Under the pieces are notes generated by a model. It was not told the DNA's origin and did no database searches. It worked only from the letters and a program-made list of their open reading frames with translations. Shown here in pieces: positions 50,401 to 62,400 of a DNA stretch of 64,000 nucleotides (positions within the stretch are counted from its first letter, which is position 1; each line of letters opens with the position of its first letter). Origin of the DNA: Callorhinchus milii (Eukaryota); NCBI RefSeq assembly GCF_018977255.1, contig NW_024704743.1, forward strand, positions 81,408,001-81,472,000, in the 5' to 3' direction. A program made the position numbers and the translations under genes.

Positions 50401-53400
50401 AAATATACAGTCAATTCACTTTACAGTGTGTTCTGTGAAGCGCTTTGGGACGTCCTCCCGACGTGAAAAGCGCTATATCAAATGCAAGGATTATTATTAT
50501 TATTATTATATATGTGTAAATTCGCTGCCATGTTTGCCTACAAATACACACTTTACAATAAACCCTGTAAAGAGCTTTGAGATGTTTGATGATGTGATAT
50601 GACACATATCATATGCAAAGATTATTATGTTTAGTGTGAAGTGCTATTTGGAATGTTTAATATGAAACTCTTGAGTGGCAGCGTCCCACTCCCAGCATCC
50701 AATCTACCTCATGTCACCACAGATTTTGATGCCATCTTTGGTTTAAATCAAGAGAGCTTCTCAAATAAATTATAGGAGCTGCAGTGACTTCTGTACCATT
50801 GTGATAAAAGTTGTGTTCTCACACAGCATGGGATTGAATTTTAACTGACTGATTGATTTGCTCTAGGTCTATATTGGTTTTTAAAAAATATTTCTGGGAG
50901 CAGAGTTTGTCAATTATCATTGGCATAATTTAATGCCAGCAATAGTTACCAAATCTTGCAAACATCATCCCTTAAATCCATTATGTTATTTGAAAGTTTT
51001 GAACATGTATCAAGTTCGCAAAGCAGTGCAAGAAATGGTAAGAGGTTAGAAATTCAAAAGGGAAAATAAAGAAAGCATTAGAATGAAGATTTGTGTGATC
51101 TAAAAATCCTTTCCCTCACCTCCACCTTCCTACTCCCACTTAGTTATACTTTGAAGATTTTAAACCTTGTATGTTAATGAATGCTAAAAATAACCTTTTC
51201 AATTTAGGTGTCTTCAACTTTAAGTCTCCAGATTGTTCCTACATTGCCTTTTGTGATTTAGCTAAAATACCCTTGTAGCTTGCATATTTTGCATATTTTA
51301 TTCAAATTTGGGGATTTGAATTCCAAATAGAGTCTTGTGTTTTGTAACCTAGAAATATATACTTCTCTTTTCTCAGTTTACTTCTGAAGTGAAGTTTCCA
51401 GGATTCTGCTTGAAGGCTGACGTTCAGAAATCTTGGAGGCATTTAATAGACTTTCACACCTTGGTGCCTAAAACAGATTCCACAGCTTCTGGAACATCTA
51501 ATACAATGAGAGAGGTGTATTTGTTTCTTATTGTGTAACTGCAGATTTGTCATGAGTACAGTAATTATTCAATCTATCCTTCGGATGAGATGTTAAAATG
51601 GGTTCCTTCTGTCAGTTCTTTGGGAGGATGTTAAAGATCCCATTATACTATTCTAAAAGATAAGCAAGGTTATCCCATTTCCTTGTCCAACAGTCTTCTG
51701 GATTTATGGTTCATCAGGATTAACCAAGATTTTCCTGCGCACAAAATGATAACGCAATAAAATTCAGTAAAATAAGCTTGCTTATTTACTTAGTATAAAC
51801 TTTAAAGGATTTGTGTCATTTATTGAATGAGCAAGAAAGAACTTTACATTCCAATCATAACTAAGTTATTTGTGAGTTATAATTTCTTAGAATTTAGGAC
51901 TGTGGAGTCCTGTGGCTCAGTGGTTAGAGCGCTCGGCTGTCAAGCGAGAAACCTGGGTTCAATTCCTGGCAGGGCGAAACCTTGGGCAAGTTTCCTTACT
52001 TCGCACGCCTAATAATAATCCCTCAAGAAAAAAAGACAATAATAATTGGTCACTTCAATCCACAACTTTTTGTGGGACGCTGCTGTGCACAATTGGCTGC
52101 CACATTTCACCCACACATGTACAGTCAATTCACTTTACAGTCTATTCTGTGAAGCGCTTTGAGACGTCTAGAAGACGTGGAAAGCGCTATATCAAATGCA
52201 AGGTTTATTATTATATTAGAATAACATTAGTTCACACTTGTTCTTTGTTCTATCATTTAATTTTTTTTCAAGAATAATTGACTGACACCTATTTTAAGGT
52301 GCTTGTTTTGTCCAAACCCTGGTCAATGTAGCCAGCTACGTTTATACTTTTTGGCAAGTTCTGCATTATAGGCTTTAAGGTAGCAAAGTAATTGTGTCAG
52401 CAAGAAATAAATATAAAAATTTGCTTCTAACTTGATAATATTGATAGAATATATTTTTGTTGAGCCTGACTAGAAGTTTCTAACTATCTTTATCTCTTTT
52501 TATTTTAGGTTTTCTATTATTACAAGCCAGAGATGAATTTTGTGCAGTTGTTGGTTCTGTCAGATCTACCTTCTTACTTTTTTTCTGGAACTGAGTTTGA
52601 ATTGTATCCTTAAGCTTTATTATGAAATATTAACATCTCTGAAGATTAATGGTTTGTGTTTTTTTCCTCACTTCATTTGGATCCTTCTAAGTTTGCAAAA
52701 AATTCCCGTTTCTAATTTCCGCCCAACTTCTTTAAAGTTTTCAAAAGGTAGATACTGAATTTGCATTTTTAAACCGTTGCAATTTTTTTTAACAGACAGG
52801 GCATTAATCTACTTTTCAATATCAGCAAGTCAAATTACGTCCTTTAACAGAATTTGTACCGAGCATTTTGCATCTCGCATTTGTTCCTTGTATTCTGGTT
52901 CAAAAACTGAAACTATGTTTGTTGGATAAAAACTAAAGCAGATCAATAGTAAATGTCTTTGTTCTTCAGACTACAGATACAAAAAATTTTTTTCCTTTAT
53001 AGAAGTGCACTACAAAGTCAACTTTACAAAGTATTAACTAATCGAGTCAGGGTGGCAGTTCTATAATTATAACTTAAAATATACACCATCTGTTTCTTTG
53101 TAGATACCAAGTGATATGCAAATGTTGTTTGTTGTCGATTGCTTTCTTGTTGCTGGTGAACGGACAGTTTAAATCTTTTGCTTCACACCGCCAAGCAAAT
53201 TCTCTCAATTACTCAATATAACCTTTTGAACTGCTAAAATAGAACAGACCACTGATTCAAACTTGTGAAATTCAGTCTGTACCTGCCAAGGTGTCTGGTC
53301 ACATTCCATGTCTGCATTTAGTTTTTCCTGTTTTAAATGCATTTTTGTGCTTTGTGGTTGAGTGAAACATGTTATTTGTGTGTGTTTTTAAATTCAAACC

Positions 53401-56400
53401 ATGGAGCATTTTTACTCCTTAATGTAATTGCAAGATTTAGTAATGATTGAGTGGTCAGTTCATGAAAAATGGAGGCTGAATTTTACACCTATTTTGGAGA
53501 ATTATTAATAAATTCCATTTAAATAAATATAATTGTAAAATGAATTCTGACTTCAAACAACAATACTAGATGTATACAAATTACTTTTCTAGTGTACATA
53601 ACAACAACAAACTTACATTTGTATAACGCCTTTCACGTCGGGAGAATGTCCCAAGGTGCTGGACAGGCAGAGTTTCGTACCTGAGCTGGGGGGGGGCAGG
53701 GGTAGGAGCGGGGAGATCAAAAGCACAGTCAAAATAAATTTAGAGTGTCAAGGATTCAGGTATTTGTTTTAACACAAGACTGTCTGCTCCCTGCCCATAG
53801 TGCTAAACATTTGCATGAGTAAGAAATACAGTTCTGAACTGCTGGATAACTAATGTTGATGACAGCATTGTAGAATTAATTCAAAAATTGCTCTTAGATT
53901 TTAATCAATGTTTTCCTATCACAATATAGTGACTGAGTTCTGAGCATTGTTTGTCCTTGTGATTTGTTCCTTTGTGAAGACGTCAGGAGTCCTGTAGCTC
54001 AGTGGTTAGAGCACTCGCTTTGCAAGCGAGAGAACTGAGTTCAATTCCAGGCAGGGCGAAACCTTGGGCAAGTTTCCTTACTCCACACGCCTAATAATAA
54101 TCCCTCCAAAACCAAAATCAATAATAAATTGGTCATTTTCAATCTACGACTGTTTGTGGGACATTGCTGTGCGCAATTGGCTGCCGCGTTCGCCCACAAA
54201 TATACAGTCAATTCACTTTACAGTGTGTTCTGTGAAGCGCTTTGGGACGTCCTCCCGACGTGAAAAGCGCTATATCAAATGCAAGGATTATTATTATTAT
54301 TATTATTATTTAGACATTAAATGATCTTCGGTGCATTTATTTAGTAGCATTAAAGTGATAGGAGGTTGAATATAATTTAATGTTTTAATTACCTTAATTA
54401 AGTACCACAGCACTTTATCAAGAAACGATGTCCAAGGGAAATCTAAGCTTCTGCTGAATCAACTTTCGTCTCTGCAAGGAAAGGTATGTTCTTATATTTT
54501 CATTATGTTCATTTTGTGAAAGAGTTCAGTGCAATGTTAAAGACTTTGAATATTTGATGACAAACAAATCTGTTTTCATATTTTAACCATATTGTGCATT
54601 CTCTGTTCTGGCCATTCCTGTTTTGCTGGTTTAAAATACAGTTCCTTAAATGTTTCTGTAACTCCTGTCATACAGTTGGGCAGTGAGCTATTTTGCTATT
54701 TAGAGTAGGCTATAAGTACAGAAAATTGTACCACTGGCTGTGGGGATTCATTTTCAGTTTTTATTACTCGTGTTTTCACACAAAGCAACACCAAAGTGAA
54801 GACACAAATGGTTAGTGTGTCATTTTGTGTGCAGCTTTTGTTTAAGAAAACTATCAATCTATTACTATTTTTGTTAATTTAATCTAAAGAGAGAGAAGAT
54901 TACTGTTGAAAAGTCAAGTTATAAATTAGATAAACTTCCAATTACCAACTGGGAAGATTGATACCATCCAGGTACATATCACAAACTCTTGGCAGCTCTG
55001 TAAGTAATTTCACTTTCATATTTAAGAGGCAGCTTCGCAGTTATAGTAAGTAAAATACAGAATACCATAGCACTGACTTAAAATATAATTTTAAATATTT
55101 TTTACTTTGAAACCAACAACTTGGTCCAGATGTTCTTAAACTTTGTTTCTATTTTCAGTCCGTCCTTTGTCTGTCCTGATGAACAGGCATATTGTCTGAT
55201 CCTAGGCTGCTGCTGCTATCAACAACAATTTCTATTTATATCCTCTGCATCCAGGTGGCATGAGATACCAGAGATCACAAGGGCATAACTGCAAAATGTC
55301 CTCCAGCTTTACTGCGCACCCCTCCCCTGACTAGCCCACCACTGGACTTTCAGCCACACTTTCCCCCCTCCTCTGGAATTTTATCCAAAAATCCTTCTGC
55401 CTCTCAACCTTCCTTTCTGCCTTCAGAACCATTTCTAGAGCACCTGACTCTTTGAGCCTCTCCCTCTTTCGTCATTTACCCCATGCACCTTCTCTTCCTT
55501 CCCGCCCTCAGCTCAGCTTTCACTCCATCCTGTGAAACACTTGAGACTCTATCCTATATGAAAGAAAGTATATACATGTGAGAAGTTGTGCTGCCCTCTG
55601 CTATGATTTGTGACAGGCTCTGGTAGTGCATTCTATTTTGATGTTGCTTAGGTTTTGGAACTGAGCAGAAGAGCACTTGAACTGGCACCCATTTTCGCTC
55701 AACCACTGCAATACCCCTAAGTTAACTGTTTTTAATCAAGATCCTCCCACTCATGTTCAAATCCGTTCACTCCCAGGCACCTTCCTATCTCTCCGACCTC
55801 CTCACTCCCCAATCCACCACCTGGCACCTCCACTCAAATGGCACAGGCCTCCTGCTCGTCCCTTGCACCCTCCGCGCCCCCACTTTCAGCCACTACGCCC
55901 CAAAACTCTGGAACACTCTCCCTCAATCCCTCCGCCTTGCCCCTCCCTTCTTTCAAGTCCCACCTGAAACTTTTCGACTGTGCTTATGGCCACATCCCCC
56001 CTCCTCCCGGCTCGGAGTCAGGCTTCACCACTGTTAAGCTCTGAGACTCTACCCTGCGTGGAGCGTGCTATATAAGTCAAGTTGTTGTTTTAACTCCTAT
56101 CTGTACTATATAGAGGAATGAATTTATGAATTACACTGCCCGAAAATGACATCTGACAATACGGGAAGGCTGATTAGAAATATAATTTTAACAAGACAAC
56201 AATTGCCATATATTATGGCTCAGGAGAGGGGGAGGCAGTACACGATCATAATACTTTCATTGGCATGCAGCTCAGTCTATTATTCCCATTTCACGCTGTT
56301 ATGTGTTCTGGAATTGATTGTGCGATTCTCCTGTTGGCTCCATTGATCGTGATTTATGGGAAAGACAAGAGAGTTTAATCTGAAAATCTTCTTATATGTT

Positions 56401-59400
56401 TAAATTTAGCCTTGAGAAATGCCAGCTTCTAGAAAAAAGCTCACAAATAAGATTCTCTTCTCTGGACCATTCCTTTAATGTAATATTAGAGTAGAATTGG
56501 GTGAATGAGGCAGCACTACTGCTAAGAAAACATAATCCTTCTCTATAACCATCCCTTTCTTTTACTCCTATCCTGTTGCTGATGTAGTTGTATTTACAAC
56601 GCACCTCTGCAGGAATACTGAAAGATTATTTGCATTGTCTTTTGATTCCTAACATTACTTCACAAGGTGCAGCACATTCATAAATGCTAATAGCAACCTT
56701 TTACACAGGCCTCCCTCACACAATCGTGTTGTATCAGCATTCAGGCAATCAAAATGATTTTATTGAGGCGTTTTGGTGACATTAATAAACTGAGAGAGTG
56801 AATCTTGTGCAGTTTGTCATCTCAACCTTGAAACACAATTGTTTTACTATCCTGTCAACCATTTTTAATTCACTTATTTAATATTGATTTTAGTTATTAA
56901 AAAATAAGAACCATTCTGTGTTGCTATCTATGAAAAGTATATTTCTCAGTAAGATGGTAAGATTAATGTTGCATTTGGATAATGGTCAATGTTGTTCTTA
57001 TCAGTTAATTCATTAATTGGTGAAAGATTACTGGAATTTAAACCTCAAAAGGATTTTAGGGCAATAACTACTGATGTATATGTTAAATAGTTTCATCTTT
57101 GTTACACATTGATTTTTTTTTATCTTGGAAAAATCTTTGACTCCTTTCTTTTTCTTCACCATGAAAAGCATCTTATTCAACTGTTCAAACATTAAAATCT
57201 TCAAATATTAAAACTTTATTTATATTAGATATGTTGAATGAATGCTGATAGGTTATTTGTGGAGCTTTTTGATTCCTGAAATTGCCCATCTCATCACCTG
57301 ATGCAGGTGATGCTGCTGATGCTGCTGTCTATTTCCTCACCACCTGTCCCATCACGATATCATTGTGCTGTGATGTTAAGATATGTGATGTTATTTGGTG
57401 GTCATGGAAAACCAAGCACTGGAGAGTTGTGTCTTGAACACTCACAGATAAATTTATGTGCTAACAGTACCATTGGATGAATTTTTTTTAAAAAAGGCAA
57501 AGTACTGCAGATGCTGGAAATCTGGTATAAACACAGAAGTTGCTGGGAACACACAGCAGGTCAAGCAGCATCCATGGAGAGAGGAAAATTAGTTAATGTT
57601 TCAGGTTTATGACCTTTCGTCAGAACAGCTCTGCTGCGTGTTCCCAGCAACTTCTATGTTTATACCATTTGATGAATAGTTTTGGGAACAATTAAATCTC
57701 AGAATACATCCTCTTTATTATGTAGTCCTGTTTACTCAATCCCCACCCCAAATAAAAGTGCATGTATTTACTCGTGAGTGCTATGTACCAAATAACTTTC
57801 CCTGATCATACAGCTACATTCCGTCGACTATAGATTTAATTTTGTGGTTCAGCCATTCAGAATTTTCCTCTGCTATTTTCAGGTGGGAGCTCTTTTTAAC
57901 TTGTCGTGCACAGTGAGCAGTACTCCTGTTCCTTCAGCTAATCAGTACAGTACACGGAAATGGAAAGAATATATGGCAAAGAAGCCAAGATCCATTGGTG
58001 GTGAGTACACAAAAGCTGAACTTCTAATACAATAAGATAAAATAATGTTTTATGTAAAACAATTCAAACAATATGTCAAAACCAGATTATGAGAAATTAC
58101 TCTGCTAATCTGATTTGCTGTTGTATTTCCTATTAGTGAAGCAGATTAAATTCTTGCTGTGTTTTGTATTGTCCCACTGCTGTCTGTTTCCTCACCGTGT
58201 GTCCCATGATAGAATCATTATTTTGTGATATAAATAAGATACACTTGTATGTCAGCCTACCTCAGTTGATTGCACACTTACCTCTGAGTCAGAAGGTTGT
58301 GGGTTCAAGCCCCTTGTTTGGGATCATACTGTATTGTTGAAGGTGTTGGATGAGATGATAAATCTGTATGCCTATTCAGGTGTACGATCAAGATCCCAAA
58401 ACACTCTTTGAAAAGAAAAGGGAGTTTCTCCTTAATGTTGTCAAGTTATGACTTGAGAGACATAGAATTTTTAGTTAAATCCTACCTTTCCTTTGTGCAT
58501 AAATAAACTCACACAAATGTTCTGCTTAATACAATTCTTTTAAACAAATTTAACAACAAACACTTGTATTTATATAGCACCTTTCACATAATTAAAAGGT
58601 CTCAAAGCAATTTAGAGATATAGAGTTGGAGCCTGAGCAGGGTGCTGATATGAGAGAGATGACTGGCTGACTGAAGGCACAGTCAAAAAGGGTAGGTTTT
58701 TAGCAAGCATTTGAAAGCAGAGAGTGGAGGGATTTAAGGAGCAATTTCCAGAGAAGGAGGTAGGCTAGCTGATGGTTTGCTCACCAATGTTGGGGCAGAT
58801 AGGATGGAGACATGGAGAAGGCCAGTGTTGGCAGAATAGAGGGAGTGAGCGGGGGACTTGTTGACAAATATTATTATTTTTTGTTGGGATACAATATTGC
58901 GTGCCAAAGATCTTTTGATATCTCGTTTCTAGAAGGTCAGTTTTCATTGACTAATATCAATGACAGAAGTCTATTCAACTATTGGGGTATCATCTGATTT
59001 CCACACTTGCGCATTACCCATCAACAGTCAATATAATACAAAATGACATTGTATAGCGCCTTTTATATCGAGAGGACATTCCAAGGTGCTGGACAGTCAG
59101 GGATTTGGATCTGATCAGGGGTGTTGAGTTCAGGGAGGGTGGAAGCCAGGGAGGGAAGGGACAGGAGGGTGGCCGAAGCCGCGATCGAAGAGGAGGGTCT
59201 TGAAATGTGCCTTGAAGGAGGCAAGTGAGAGAGCAAGATGAAGGGAATGTGTAGAGAGTGAGATGCTGAAGTGGGTTGCTGAAATCTTAACTGGTCTATT
59301 TTTATATTTTTCCTTGGGCTATGGGGCTGAAGCCAGTTGAATGGCTTGCCTTCACTGAGACCAACTACTGTTCAGTAAACCCCCGGCTTACAAATACCCC

Positions 59401-62400
59401 TGGTATCCGGAATTTGAACCTAACCAAACATGGCCTGAAAGCAAAACAATGGGCAAACTTGTAGACTCGCTCCCAACTCTCCTTGCTGGCCTCACAGTGC
59501 CCAGGGATATTGACTTTGACCCAGATTGTTTGAATCCCACAAGCAGAAGATAACTTATTCGCTAACTTCTGTTCATGGGGTTCAAACAATTACTGGCGTT
59601 TTTGAAAAATGCTGGTAAATGCCCCGTTCCAGTATTGTAATTACACTTAGCTGGATCTCCTTGCTTCCCCCCCCACCTAACCCAACACTCCCATTAGTCT
59701 GGTCAGCCAGGGTTTAAATAGTCCAGGGTAGTTCAATCATAGTCCAGGGATTGAACCTGGTCTACATGGTCCAGTACCTCAAAGTGTGTTTTCTCTCAGA
59801 GGTGTAGTTCATTCTTAAAAAAAGGTTTGCTGTTAATTTAGTATAGATAATTAAATTCTGGAGCTGAATTGCTATGAATAAAATAACAATAATGATCATC
59901 TTAAATATTTTCTAATTTTTTTCATACTGTATATTTTACAAGATGTTAATGTAAGCCAATTGAAAATACAAGGATTATTATTACAAGTTTCCTAAATTTC
60001 TGAATAGTTTTAAAACCAGATTATTACACATATTACAGGAATCGGCTATTTTAATTTATAGGCAATTTTATGCGATTAAGTCTTTTTCTGCAAGACCGTC
60101 AATTCTTTTCTGGCATCACATTGCACCGTTCTTTCTTCAATGACAGAGTTAACTAAGGGTGCAACCTGTCATGCTTTATAATCATTAGAATAGAATCATG
60201 TTTTTCCTCCAACAAAAAAGGGGGAAAAAATCTACTCATGGAAATTTGCATCTCCTCTGAAAATAAGTGGTCCTAACCAAATGTAAGAATATTGTGGAAT
60301 TGTAGTTTGCCGCTAGTTTGGCACAGATTTATCCTTTTTTTTACACATATATATAGGACGACATCAGTATAGAATTGTGCTTTTGCCATCGATGTCTTGC
60401 ACCAAATTTGTACTCTGATGAGTTATTTTAAGTTGCTACATCTCTTATAAACACAGCCTTATATTGTATTTCAGTGTTGTGCCAAAAAAATAATTTCCTA
60501 CTATATATTGCAGCTTTCAATTTTAATGTTGGCTGTGAAGGGCAGGAAACTTGCAATGTGTTAATGGAAGTGAAATTGCCACATAAATGGTGAAAAATGT
60601 TCTTTTAAAGTGCACTGAATTGAAGGAGATAATGACACCTATAAATCAAATTGTTCTGTGAACTTGTATGTGACCATTACAAATGAGCTCTATTTACTAT
60701 TTGCATTTTCACAGTCTTGTCAATCAGATTCTAAAGAGCTCGTAACCTTTTTCCTATTAGTCATATATTTGCCTGCTCATTTTCAAGTCAGTTGTTAAAA
60801 GCTCTTATGGTGAGATCTTAAACAACTTCATATTTAGGAACATTTTGTAATTTATACTGTTTTTAATAAATGCCTATTTCCAGTATAAATAGTTTACGTT
60901 TGATTGTAGCTCTCCAGTTTTAGTTGTAGCTGTAGGTTGCTTCCTAAGCATGGCCCTCATGGCTATTCAGAAGGATGTTATTGCTCACTGATGATTTTTG
61001 GATTTCTGGTGGCTATAAATGTATTTATTTTTGTCTAATCGGGTTGAGGGATGTTAGTATTTTTGCAGCACTTTTTCTCCTTTTACCGCTCTTTATGGAT
61101 TCTTAAGATCATATTTCTATAAACCCCGAACTGTGCACTTTTTTATGAATGCTTCTTAGGTAATAATAGAAAATAACTTCATCTGATTCCGAATAACGTG
61201 GACTGTGGGTATTGTCAAAAATCATCTCGATTTTTTTTCTAATTATTAGAATAAATGGTATACAGGAATTGCTTCAACTTTGCAGTTTTGAACCAAACAT
61301 TAAAAAAAACATTTTGCAACTTCTTATTTATTGGTGAATAACTCTGGACCTCCATCCCACGGTCCCTTCGCCTCGCTTCCTCCCTTGCCTCCTTCAAGGA
61401 TGGTCTCCAGACCCTTCTCTTCGATCGTGCCTTTGGTTGTCCTCCCACCTCGCTGCCTTCCCTCACCCCTACATCACCCCTCCCCATGCTTGGGTCCTGA
61501 CCCCTGACTGTCCAGCGCCTTGGGACGTCCTCCCGACGTGAAAGACGCTCTATAAATGTAATTTTGTTGTAAAGGCAGCAATATTGGAATGCATTGAGAT
61601 CACTTTAGGGTTGGCTCTGTTAAATCTCTGGGTGGGAAAATATTATCTGTATATTTTTACCTACTCATTACATATTCTAGTTTTATGAATGGCAGCCATC
61701 AAATATTGATTGTTGTTTTGTGTTAGTTATATCTGCACTTTAATGATGTATTCAGGGTCACATTATATGTTTGTGTCCACAATCTGAATTTACGCTACAT
61801 TGCAATTAAGTTCTGCATGTGTGTTACATTGTTTAGAAACAATCAGAACAACAATATATAGAAACAATCAGAATAATCGAGGGTAGAAAATTTGTGGTTG
61901 CAATGTTAATGCAAATCTAAATGTAAATTTAAAACTTCACTGTAACAGTAGGTTGGAAATGTTGGAAGATTTAGTTATGTTTTGTTTTGCTTGTAATCTG
62001 ATTCCACTTTGCAATGTTTAGATTTTGTTAATCATTACATTTTATTCGTTTATTCATTAATATCATTTTTGCACACTATTAACAAATTTGAAAGCCAAAA
62101 AAGAAAATTACTAACCTCTATAAAAACCTGTCATACTATTATTGAGGAGATGAAGTGAATCTAGACAGTTTATGAATTACTACGCTGAATGTAACATAGT
62201 AGCACTGAAATCTGCATACCCATAACTGAGATTGGTTTCTGCATGGCCATTGGAAAGCGACTGATTTTTAAAGGGACATTGTCTTCTTACTCCATGATTT
62301 CAATAACTGCCTATTTATGTGTATATTAAGGTCGAACAAATGAAGGATTCAATTTCCTGAATACATTGTAACCTTAATTTTTGACTTTTTATGCCAGATG

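Noticed and set aside
3529..54324. Recurrent ORF MGKFPYST...KRYIKCKD
   Set aside because: A chance reading frame of the SINE consensus, starting at TTG and broken in many copies.
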